This document shows, in pieces, positions 37,951 through 46,031 of a DNA stretch of 64,000 bases. Below the pieces are notes generated by a model. The model saw only the letters and a program-made list of their open reading frames with translations, ran no database searches and was not told the DNA's origin. The stretch is taken from NCBI GenBank assembly GCA_963763395.1, contig CAVXOG010000015.1, forward strand, positions 156,235 through 220,234, written 5' to 3'. The position numbers and the translations under genes were made by a program. How positions within the stretch are numbered: position 1 is the first letter of the stretch; every line of letters begins with the position of its first letter. The DNA is from Candidatus Acidiferrales bacterium. Lineage in GTDB: Bacteria; Acidobacteriota; Terriglobia; Acidiferrales; UBA7541.

Positions 37951-38727
37951 TCAAGAAATCAGCGCGTCCTGCAAGACTCCGGCATCTGCCGACTTCTCCA
38001 GCCAATCCGCGCCGGCAGAGACAATTGCGTCTGGCGCTACTACTCGCCCAACAATCAGGACGGTAGGCGCAGGCAATGGTGAAGTCTCTGCCAGTAAGGC
38101 GGCGGTCGATATCTGCGTAACTTGATCGGGCTGAGTAGCCTTGGAAACCAGCACGCACGGCGTCGCCGAGGGCACTCCCGCTTGCAGCAGCCAGTTCGAC
38201 ACCTCGGCATAATTTGGCCCAGGCATGTACACCACCACAGTGGTGTCCGTCGTGAGTGTGCTTCGAAGCAATTGTTGCGCTTCCGGTGAGCGCGAAAATG
38301 TGGTGAACAGAACATTAGAAGCCAGCGCTCTATCGGTCAGCGGTGCGCCCGCAGCGGCAGCCGCTCCAAACGCGGCGGAAATGCCCGGAACGATTTCAAA
38401 CTCGATCTCGGCTTCGCGAAGAGCGTGAATTTCTTCCGCGGCACGGCCAAACAGCAACGGATCGCCGCCTTTCAATCGAACAACCTGCGCATGTCGTCGC
38501 GCAGCAGCTATCAGTAAAGAATTGATGTCCGGTTGCGTGAGCAGTTTGTAGCCGTGGCGCTTACCCACATCAATGCGCTCGGCAGTCTCCGGGATGAGTC
38601 GCAGAGTTTCTTCGCTCACCAGCGAATCGTGCAGAACGATATCGGCGCTCTGGAGTATCCGGAACGCCTTGCGTGTGAGGAGTTCCGGATCGCCAGGACC
38701 CGCTCCTACTAGAAATACCTTTCCCAT
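37951..38727 (-). CDS. cobA: Uroporphyrinogen-III C-methyltransferase (SUMT)
   Basis: VFLVGAGPGDPELLT motif. ATG 38727 is preceded by AAGGAG at 7 nt. The track start at 38814 is a TTG extension. Confidence 0.88.
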   Translation of the reverse strand: MGKVFLVGAGPGDPELLTRKAFRILQSADIVLHDSLVSEETLRLIPETAERIDVGKRHGYKLLTQPDINSLLIAAARRHAQVVRLKGGDPLLFGRAAEEIHALREAEIEFEIVPGISAAFGAAAAAGAPLTDRALASNVLFTTFSRSPEAQQLLRSTLTTDTTVVVYMPGPNYAEVSNWLLQAGVPSATPCVLVSKATQPDQVTQISTAALLAETSPLPAPTVLIVGRVVAPDAIVSAGADWLEKSADAGVLQDALIS

Positions 38728-38870
38728 CAGGCGACTCCTTGCTTCGAATTGCTTGAATTTGCCTGTTCCATGAATTTCTCGAACATGGGCTGGCTTGCCA
38801 AAGCATGCAGCCAACGTTTCGTGGCCTCTGGTTCCGAGGTGAGTTTAAGGAATACGGGAAACAGGCTCAT
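38727..38870 (-). CDS. 47-aa ORF bridging sir and cobA
   Basis: My translation: MSLFPVFLKLTSEPEATKRWLHALASQPMFEKFMEQANSSNSKQGVA. Its ATG overlaps the sir TGA (ATGA). Its TGA overlaps the cobA ATG (TGATG). Confidence 0.45.
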   Translation of the reverse strand: MSLFPVFLKLTSEPEATKRWLHALASQPMFEKFMEQANSSNSKQGVA

Positions 38871-40585
38871 GGACGGTCCTCGATTGTGTGTGGCACCTGG
38901 TCTACGGGAATATCGCGAAGCGCTATTTCGACTTCGTCTGCAGGTTTGCCAGAAAGGACGGACCGCAGCGACTCAACAGAATGCCTGGCGAGAAATCGCT
39001 GCAACGATTCATCGTGACGGCGGTTGCCGTGGAAAAAGTTGAGCAGACGCGCAATAGCATCGGGCACTTCGATGGAAGCGCAGCGGAAGCCAATCGGACG
39101 GGCGATCGATGCAACATGGCCGACACTGCCGCCCACACAAAAGTAATACGCATCGACCAGCACGACGCCATCGAGTCTTACTTTTTTTCCTTCGATGCCA
39201 ATGTCCGCGATCCAGTGCTGGCCGCAGGAGTTCGGGCAGCCGGTGATGTGGATCCGTATGTCGTCCTGATAGCCAGGGAGTCGCTCTTCGAGCTGTTCTG
39301 TAAGCCAGCGAGCGAAGCCTTTTGTTTCGGTCAGCGCAAGCTTGCAAAATTCCGATCCCGTGCACGCAACCGTGCCGCGCACGAAAGAAGAGGTTTGCAC
39401 AGGAAGACCGGCGGCGGAGAGTTCCCGAACAACGGTCTGAACATGCTGTTCCGGGATGTTGATGAGCAGGAGGTTCTGCATCAGGGTAGCGCGGAGATGG
39501 CCGTCGGCGTAACGCTTGGTGAGGCTGGCGGCAATGCGCAACTGATCGGGCGTGATTCTGCCACGTACTACAGCAGCGCCAACGGAAAACAGGCCGCGTT
39601 GCTTTTGTGGAATTACACCAAGGTGATCGCGATGAACACCGGCAGGAAGTTCTTCCTCAACCGCGGGATCAAGTGCGTAACCAAGTTCGGCCTCGACAGC
39701 GCTAAGAAACGAATCTGCGGCCCAACCATGCTGCAGGAACAGATACTTCATACGAGCCCTCTTACGGGACTCTCGCAACGGATCACTGGCGCGAAATACA
39801 TTGGTGATTGCTCGCGCGACCGGAATCACCTGTTCCCATCGAATGAATGCATTCAGTTTGACAGCCAGATGAGGTTCGGTAGAAAGTCCGCCAGCGACGC
39901 GAACCGTGAACCCAATCTCCTCCCGGCCATCTGCGAACCGGCGGCTGGCGGTGAATCCGATGTCGTTAATTTCTGGATACGAACACCATTCGGGGCAACC
40001 GGTAATGGTGATTTTGAATTTACGCGGGAGATTGTAGAACTCAGGATTGCCACCCAGTTCTTTGTCCAGAGCTAGGGCAATCGAAGAGACGTCTGCGATC
40101 TCATGGGCATGTAGACCGGCAAGTGGGCAGCCCGTGATATTACGCACCACGTCACCGCAGGCCCCGGTAGTGCGCAAACCCACCTCCTGAAGGCGCTCGA
40201 GGATCTCAGGAATGTCTTCGATACGAATCCAATGGAGCTGGATGTTTTGCCGGACCGTAATGTCGGCCACACCATTTCCGTATTTATCAGAAAGCTCGGC
40301 AATGAGCAGGGTTTGCTCAGCGGTAAGGAGCCCATTAGGGATCCGTATCCGCACCATGAAGTACTGCACGGACTTCCCTTCACCGTTCTTGCCACCGACG
40401 ACTCCCAATCCATCACCCTGGGTATAAATGCCCCAAGAGCGGAAATAGGTTCCAAGCCATTCGGGTGGCACCGAATCGAAGCCCTTGCGTGCAAACTCGC
40501 GGATCTCATCCAGATGGTCCCAGGCATTCTTCTCGCGTTTCAGGCGTTCGACGCGCTCTGATTTGGTTTCCTGCGGTAATGACAT
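38867..40585 (-). CDS. sir: Sulfite (or nitrite) reductase hemoprotein, ferredoxin-type NirA/Sir family
   Basis: 572 aa. Siroheme/4Fe-4S cysteine clusters CTGSEFCKLA and ITGCPNSCGQ. GGAG lies 8 nt upstream of the ATG. Sulfite is preferred from context (cobA, Cys-rich leader). Confidence 0.88.
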   Translation of the reverse strand: MSLPQETKSERVERLKREKNAWDHLDEIREFARKGFDSVPPEWLGTYFRSWGIYTQGDGLGVVGGKNGEGKSVQYFMVRIRIPNGLLTAEQTLLIAELSDKYGNGVADITVRQNIQLHWIRIEDIPEILERLQEVGLRTTGACGDVVRNITGCPLAGLHAHEIADVSSIALALDKELGGNPEFYNLPRKFKITITGCPEWCSYPEINDIGFTASRRFADGREEIGFTVRVAGGLSTEPHLAVKLNAFIRWEQVIPVARAITNVFRASDPLRESRKRARMKYLFLQHGWAADSFLSAVEAELGYALDPAVEEELPAGVHRDHLGVIPQKQRGLFSVGAAVVRGRITPDQLRIAASLTKRYADGHLRATLMQNLLLINIPEQHVQTVVRELSAAGLPVQTSSFVRGTVACTGSEFCKLALTETKGFARWLTEQLEERLPGYQDDIRIHITGCPNSCGQHWIADIGIEGKKVRLDGVVLVDAYYFCVGGSVGHVASIARPIGFRCASIEVPDAIARLLNFFHGNRRHDESLQRFLARHSVESLRSVLSGKPADEVEIALRDIPVDQVPHTIEDRP

Positions 40586-40599
40586 TCAATTTGCTCCAG

Positions 40600-40641
40600 A
40601 AATACAAAAAGCCCACGTGGCCTGGAATCTGGCACGTGGGC
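40600..40641 (-). terminator. Intrinsic terminator 14 nt upstream of the sir start codon (candidate attenuator)
   Basis: Minus strand reads GCCCACGUG-(13 nt)-CACGUGGGC followed by UUUUUGUAUUU. Confidence 0.65.
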
Positions 40642-40667
40642 TTCGAGAGTCTTAGAGTGAAACTGAG

Positions 40668-40760
40668 CTAAGTTCGAATGCGCAACTGGCCAGAGCAATC
40701 AAGCGGACAACAACAGACGGTTGTCGCGCAGCAACAGATGCTCTGGCAGAAAGAATTCAT
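40668..40760 (-). CDS. Candidate regulatory leader peptide, 30 aa with 8 Cys
   Basis: My translation: ATG AAT TCT TTC TGC CAG AGC ATC TGT TGC TGC GCG ACA ACC GTC TGT TGT TGT CCG CTT GAT TGC TCT GGC CAG TTG CGC ATT CGA ACT TAG = MNSFCQSICCCATTVCCCPLDCSGQLRIRT. Confidence 0.5.
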   Translation of the reverse strand: MNSFCQSICCCATTVCCCPLDCSGQLRIRT

Positions 40761-40769
40761 ATCCGTTTT

Positions 40770-40798
40770 AGGGTACGTGCAGGTGAACTCGAAGTCAA
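40770..40798 (-). promoter_or_regulatory. Candidate promoter for the leader ORF / sir operon
   Basis: Minus strand has TTGACT (40798..40793), a 17-nt spacer, then TACCCT (40775..40770). The -10 element ends 9 nt before the leader ATG, so the transcript would be leaderless or nearly so. Confidence 0.35.
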
Positions 40799-40874
40799 TT
40801 GCGTCATGAATGCAATTATTGGATAAATTGAATTCAGAAATTGAATAGCTCAGAGAGTGGGGTAACTCTTCCTC

Positions 40875-40910
40875 TGCTGACCGGGGCGGACGAAGCCGCC
40901 CCCTTCAGCA
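40875..40910 (-). terminator. GC-rich stem-loop just after the cyclophilin stop (no U-tract)
   Basis: Minus strand reads UGCUGA-AG-GGGGCGG-cuucgu-CCGCCCC-GG-UCAGCA. Confidence 0.4.
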
Positions 40911-40918
40911 GGATAAAG

Positions 40919-41737
40919 TTACTGTGGCTTGGGAGCAGTACTAGCCGGCTTAGCGGCAGGCTTGGCGGTAGTCGCCGGTTTCGGCGCGGTAGCAGGTTTC
41001 GCGGGTGTAACGGCTACTCCGACGAGGGTTGCGGATTTAATGATATCCATCTTGGGATACTTCGTCTCAATGTACTTCTTGCCGCCCTTGGTAATGGCCT
41101 CCTGGTCCAAGTCGCCTCCGTACTGATCGTAAAACATATTGACGACCTTCATGCCGTCGCCATCGACAATGCCAAACGGTGTGAATCCCTGGTTGTCCAG
41201 CCCAGGATTGTCCTTCAAATTGATGAAGAGTTGTGTGGTGCGCGTGTTAGGACCAGCCGTTGCAAACGTAACAGTTCCCTTTTTGTTGCTCTGATTATGC
41301 GAGTCGTCCTTGATCGTGGCCTTTTCCCAAGCCGCAGCAACCGACGGGTAGGCGCTGATGCCAAACTGTGCCACGAACTCTGGTATCACGCGGAAAAAAC
41401 TGGCGTTGTCAAAATAATGGTGCTTCACCAGATTGTAAAAGCGATCCGCTCCCAGGGGCGCCCAGGCACGAGTGACGGTCATGGTAAATTCCCCGCGGGA
41501 AGTGTCGAATTTAACTTGAAATGAGACAGGAGCCACCTCTTTCAGCAACGCCGGCTTCAGCAGAGCCCGGTCATATGTGGCGGCAGCAGCAGGTTTCGCC
41601 GCAGTGGTAGTCGCTGCTTTGGGCTTCGCCGCAGGAGCGGGCGTACTTGCCGGCGCTTGTGCAAGCGCCAATGAGCCCATCGTCACAAAAGTGAATGCTA
41701 CAAATGCAGCATGACAAACTGACTTTGTGGAACGCAT
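40919..41737 (-). CDS. Secreted cyclophilin-type peptidyl-prolyl isomerase with Ala/Pro/Thr/Lys-rich termini
   Basis: Core blocks FYNLVKHHYFDNASFFRVIPEFVAQFG and GTVTFATAGPNTRTTQLFINL. Signal peptide present. GGAGGA SD. Confidence 0.88.
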   Translation of the reverse strand: MRSTKSVCHAAFVAFTFVTMGSLALAQAPASTPAPAAKPKAATTTAAKPAAAATYDRALLKPALLKEVAPVSFQVKFDTSRGEFTMTVTRAWAPLGADRFYNLVKHHYFDNASFFRVIPEFVAQFGISAYPSVAAAWEKATIKDDSHNQSNKKGTVTFATAGPNTRTTQLFINLKDNPGLDNQGFTPFGIVDGDGMKVVNMFYDQYGGDLDQEAITKGGKKYIETKYPKMDIIKSATLVGVAVTPAKPATAPKPATTAKPAAKPASTAPKPQ

Positions 41738-41950
41738 GTGAATGATTTCCTCCGATGGTACTAACGGTAATTAATTTGTTTCCTGGCCCACTCGGACCTT
41801 GTGCGTAGGCACTGGCAAACGCAATATGCCGCAATGCCTGTCCTCACTGAGACTTCCAATCAGCGAAGCCGCACCATAACCAACCGCATTCTATGTTAGG
41901 AGAGCGCTGGTAGGAAGTGTCTAACAAAGGCAGCGTGACCAAAAAGAAGC

Positions 41951-42682
41951 TTATTCCGCACCCGGAAACCCCAGCGGCATTTGGTCGGGTGGTAATCCCG
42001 CGGCAAGTTCGTCATGCAATCGGCGGCTCAAATCGTCGCGATGTTCAAACGCGTACTCTGCCGCGTTGATCGGTGCAAGAAATTCCACCAATATGTCGCC
42101 AGGACTGATCAAGAGGCTGCGCTTTTGCATGATGCGATGAGCGTTCGAGCAGGCGACCGGCACAATCGGCACACCCGCTTTAATCGCCATCACAGCTACT
42201 CCCTTTTTAAAATGTTGAAGACGTCCATCCGGGCTGCGCGTGCCTTCCGGATAAATCAGGAAGGACTGTCCTTGTCGCAAAGACTCCGTGGCCTGCTCGA
42301 GGCTGACGATCGCGGAATCTCGATTGAATCGATCGACCGGAATAAAATGCGCGAGAGTAAATGCCTGGCCGACGATCGGGTACCTAAACAGCGAGCGCTT
42401 CAGAAGAATGGCGATCCGCCGCGGAATAGCTCCGACCACGGCCGGCGCATCCGCGGAACTGGTGTGATTTGCCGCGAAAATGCACGTCTCAGGGGGTATG
42501 CGCTCAATTCCTTTGACGTGAACATGGACACCCACGCAATTGATGAAGAACATGACCCCGCGAATGGCCGCCCAATACAATGGCTCGACGTTTTTGGTGA
42601 TAGCGGTATAAATCAGCAGGGGCGGTCCCGCAATCAGGATATACAGTGTGATGGAGATGCAAATAAACGCTGCACGAAGCAT
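41951..42682 (-). CDS. plsC: 1-acyl-sn-glycerol-3-phosphate acyltransferase
   Basis: HxxxxD motif (ANHTSSADA) and the YPEGTRS block. Confidence 0.85.
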   Translation of the reverse strand: MLRAAFICISITLYILIAGPPLLIYTAITKNVEPLYWAAIRGVMFFINCVGVHVHVKGIERIPPETCIFAANHTSSADAPAVVGAIPRRIAILLKRSLFRYPIVGQAFTLAHFIPVDRFNRDSAIVSLEQATESLRQGQSFLIYPEGTRSPDGRLQHFKKGVAVMAIKAGVPIVPVACSNAHRIMQKRSLLISPGDILVEFLAPINAAEYAFEHRDDLSRRLHDELAAGLPPDQMPLGFPGAE

Positions 42683-42728
42683 GGATTGAGGAAACTTTCT
42701 CGAATCATACAGGAATCGTCAAGGCTTA

Positions 42729-44576
42729 TTACCGGGCATTGGCTGTAACCGGAGCCGTCGTGCCGTGGAGCAAACCCTCGCGAATATGTTTCTCGCGCTC
42801 CGTAGCGTGCGAAGATTCGGCCACCTGGTAGCGTTTCTCGCGAAGTTCTCCCAGTCGCACCGGGACGTCCTCCTCTTTCTCCGCGCCTGCGTGGCGCACG
42901 CGAAGAATGATTTCGTCGCCAATCTTCTGCGAAAGGACCCAGCGTTCCGGCCGCCTTGGAGGATCGCCGTTGTTCCACCTCAGGATTTCATCCCCAGTGC
43001 GCAATTGCGATTTGGTGGCGGGAGCTTCGGGATCGATGCTGCGAACAACGATCGGGCCATTCCCCTGATTTTCGACGGCAAAGCCAAGGATCGGACGGAC
43101 AGTTTCGCGAGCGCGCAATTCTAATCCGCTGAGGGCAAAGACCTGGTCATACGGTAACGGCACGGCGCCACTGACGTAGTCTTTGAAGAATTCGCCCAGC
43201 GAAGCGCCTGTCACTTTTTCCGCGGTAAGGCGAACGTCCAGGCTGTCACGGTAGAACTTTCCTTCCTTGGCAAACTCCGTGTTCATGGCACGCAACACAT
43301 CATCGAGGCTCTTCTGGTTATCCGTTCGATCTCGAATGACAATGTCCAGGAGCACCCCGAGGACCTGCCCCTTTGTGTAATACGAAACGCTCCGTTGCGG
43401 TTGCGTGTACAGGGCGTACTTTTCCAACCAGGCGTCCAGGCTGGATTCTTCGGCACTCTGCCATTGCTCTGCGGGACTAGCCTCAATCTCGCTGATCTGA
43501 CTGCCCAAATCCTGGTAGAACTCCTGTTTGCTCCACAACCCCGTACGCACCAACGTATAGGAACCGTACGTGTTCGTAACCCCTTCGGCAAACCACAGAG
43601 AGCGTGTGTACATCTCTCGCGTGTAATCGACAGGCTCGAGCGTTGCCGGCCGGATACGTTTTACATTCCAAAGATGAAAAAACTCATGAGCGGATACATT
43701 CCACATGTAGGCATCGGAGGGAACGAAAATAGCCGTGGAGTTCGCATGTTCCATCCCACCACCCGAGCCCGCAGCCGCTTTCCCCACGTGGAACAGGAAT
43801 GTGTATTTCTGGTAGGGGGCTCCCTCCATTAATTTAAGCTCGTAAGCACAAATCTTGCGCAGCGCGTTCTCCACGTCGTGTTTCTTGTAATTGTTCCCAT
43901 GAATCACCACCTCGACAGGTGGAGTGAGGTCGTGAATCGTGAATTGCTCAAAGTTAGATGCTTCAATGGGCGCATCTGCCAGGGCATCGTAGCTCGGGGC
44001 TTTCAGTAGCGTCCCGTCGCTTTGATTCGCAACCAATGCCGACGACGCCACTTTCCATCCGGCCGGAATATCCTGCAATACCAGAGAGCAATCCTCGCTG
44101 CGCCGATCGGGCACGTACAGAAGGATCATTACTGGGTTAACGAAAGCATGTTCGGAATTCAATTGCGTGCTGAATGGCCCAACGTCGTCCCAGAACGTCG
44201 CGTACGTCACTTTTACGGTTCCAGTCGCGTTAACCTGCCAAGTCAGCTTGTCGAGCTTGGTGACGCCAACTTTCTGGCCATCTGCGAACGCTTCCACTTG
44301 CTGCACGTGGCTGCTGAAATCGCGAATCTCATACAGGGCGTTCCAGGCAGCCATTTGTAGCTTCAGTTCACCGTGCACATCCGGAATTTCGACCATCACC
44401 CTGAAAAGGTGCTGCTCCGGGTGCACCAGAGAAACGGTGTAGCGAATGGCAGCCGACGAAGGCTGCGTGAACAGCGCTAGTAGCGTCAGAGCCACAACCG
44501 CAATCTGCCAACGGCGATGCCTGATCACCTTGCCGTGAAATGGGATGCCCGCATTGGCAGAACCGCGAAACGCCAT
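42729..44576 (-). CDS. M61 family glycyl aminopeptidase with a C-terminal PDZ domain
   Basis: HEFFHLWNVKR zinc motif. ATG 44576 shares its A with the mpl TGA (TGATG). A signal-like segment follows the start. The track start at 44639 lies inside mpl. Confidence 0.85.
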   Translation of the reverse strand: MAFRGSANAGIPFHGKVIRHRRWQIAVVALTLLALFTQPSSAAIRYTVSLVHPEQHLFRVMVEIPDVHGELKLQMAAWNALYEIRDFSSHVQQVEAFADGQKVGVTKLDKLTWQVNATGTVKVTYATFWDDVGPFSTQLNSEHAFVNPVMILLYVPDRRSEDCSLVLQDIPAGWKVASSALVANQSDGTLLKAPSYDALADAPIEASNFEQFTIHDLTPPVEVVIHGNNYKKHDVENALRKICAYELKLMEGAPYQKYTFLFHVGKAAAGSGGGMEHANSTAIFVPSDAYMWNVSAHEFFHLWNVKRIRPATLEPVDYTREMYTRSLWFAEGVTNTYGSYTLVRTGLWSKQEFYQDLGSQISEIEASPAEQWQSAEESSLDAWLEKYALYTQPQRSVSYYTKGQVLGVLLDIVIRDRTDNQKSLDDVLRAMNTEFAKEGKFYRDSLDVRLTAEKVTGASLGEFFKDYVSGAVPLPYDQVFALSGLELRARETVRPILGFAVENQGNGPIVVRSIDPEAPATKSQLRTGDEILRWNNGDPPRRPERWVLSQKIGDEIILRVRHAGAEKEEDVPVRLGELREKRYQVAESSHATEREKHIREGLLHGTTAPVTANAR

Positions 44577-46009
44577 CACCGCGCGTGAGCCTCGGAAGGA
44601 ATTTGCCGTGAAGAGAGTCGTTTCAGCAGCTTTTCGCACAACCCGTCAAAGCTTCCATTGGACATGATTAGTAAGAGGTCGCCTGGATTGGCTTCGGTTG
44701 CCAGCATCTCCGCGATGGCATCGGCGTTTGGAAGCACATTCGCATCCCTGCCCAAGGCTCGCACCGTGGTGGCGACTGTTTCCGGGTCCAGACGTTGCTC
44801 TTCATTGAGGAGTCCAGCGCGATGCACACTTCCGAGCACCACGTGATCGGCCAGCGCCAGGGATTCCGGAAGGGTGTCTTGAAACGTCTTGCGTCGCATG
44901 GAGTTGGAACGCGGTTCAAGAACAGCCCAGAGCTGTCGATCGGGCCAGCGTAGTCGCGCTGCCTGAATCGTCGCGCGAATCGCGGTAGGATGATGCGCGA
45001 AATCGTCTACAACCAGAATACGATCCACCTCTCCCTTAACATCCATTCGACGGCGAACGCTGCGAAACGTTTCCAATGCCTTTTGAATGGCAGGAAGAGG
45101 AATGCCACGGCCATGCGCTACGATGAGGGCGGCCATCGCGTTCAGGACGTTGTGATGCCCCGTTGCCGACAATCGGAATTCGCCGAAATGCTGTCCCTTT
45201 TGCGACAGAGAGAATGCCATACCCTCCCCATCGGACTTCATATTCGTCGCTATCCAGTCGTTGCCCTTTTCGAAACCGTACCGAATCACCGGGCAGAACG
45301 CCTTGACCGTCACACTGTGAAGAGCTTCACCCGCTTCCGAGTCTCCCCAGACAACAACGCTTCCCCGTCGGGGTACGAGGTTAACTAGACGCCGGAAGGC
45401 CAGCTGGTACACCTCGAAATCCGAGTAGATATCCGCGTGGTCGAACTCCAGCGACGTGATAATCAAATCGTCCGGCTGATAGTGAAAGAACTTGGCCGCT
45501 TTATCCCAATAAGCGCTGTCGTATTCGTCGCCCTCAAGGATAAAGTCGTCTCCGCTTCCCAGTTGATAACTCTTCCCAAAATTCTCCGCGATTCCGCCAA
45601 CCAGAAAGCTTGGGTGCCGTCCCGCAACTTCAAAGATCCAGGCCAGCATGGCGGTTGTCGTCGTCTTCCCATGCGTTCCGCTGACAACGATGGAGTGCTT
45701 CCCAGGAAGAAACTCTTCTTCAAGAATCTCCGGAAGTGAACGGTGAGGAATTCTGCGCTCCAGCATCTCCTCCACTTCCACATTCCCGCGCGAAATCGCA
45801 TTTCCCACAACGATCAGGTCTGGCGCAGGCGTCAGATGTGCCGCATCGAAAGAAGTGAAGTACGCGATGCCAAGCGATTCGAGAAACGTGGATGCCGGCG
45901 GGTAGACCCCGGCGTCTGCGCCAGTGACGCGATAGCCGCGCTCTCGCAACATGCCAGCCAGCGGAGACATTGCCGAACCACCGATACCAATCATGTGGAT
46001 ATGCTTCAT
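44576..46009 (-). CDS. mpl: UDP-N-acetylmuramate:L-Ala-gamma-D-Glu-meso-DAP ligase (murein peptide ligase)
   Basis: HMIGIGGSAMSPLAGMLRERGYRVTGADAGVYPPAS and VSGTHGKTTT. The pattern is Mpl-like rather than MurC-like. Confidence 0.88.
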   Translation of the reverse strand: MKHIHMIGIGGSAMSPLAGMLRERGYRVTGADAGVYPPASTFLESLGIAYFTSFDAAHLTPAPDLIVVGNAISRGNVEVEEMLERRIPHRSLPEILEEEFLPGKHSIVVSGTHGKTTTTAMLAWIFEVAGRHPSFLVGGIAENFGKSYQLGSGDDFILEGDEYDSAYWDKAAKFFHYQPDDLIITSLEFDHADIYSDFEVYQLAFRRLVNLVPRRGSVVVWGDSEAGEALHSVTVKAFCPVIRYGFEKGNDWIATNMKSDGEGMAFSLSQKGQHFGEFRLSATGHHNVLNAMAALIVAHGRGIPLPAIQKALETFRSVRRRMDVKGEVDRILVVDDFAHHPTAIRATIQAARLRWPDRQLWAVLEPRSNSMRRKTFQDTLPESLALADHVVLGSVHRAGLLNEEQRLDPETVATTVRALGRDANVLPNADAIAEMLATEANPGDLLLIMSNGSFDGLCEKLLKRLSSRQIPSEAHAR

Positions 46010-46031
46010 CGCTCGTTACGCCTCTTCCATT

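Noticed and set aside
38888-40075. 395-aa plus-strand ORF, plus similar long antisense ORFs at 60342..61766, 49006..50106, 18938..19948, 21065..21934, 51454..52290, 4733..5494, 11634..12422, 42014..42748, 47695..48339, 22049..22717 and 23203..23904.
   Set aside because: Each lies entirely antisense to a gene with unmistakable family motifs (sir, carB, mtnP/MBL, hisC, rluB-like, acd, mutS, trmH, plsC, pfkB, scpB, scpA). Each has Arg/Ser/Gly-rich composition with no recognisable domains. These are typical shadow ORFs of GC-rich DNA.
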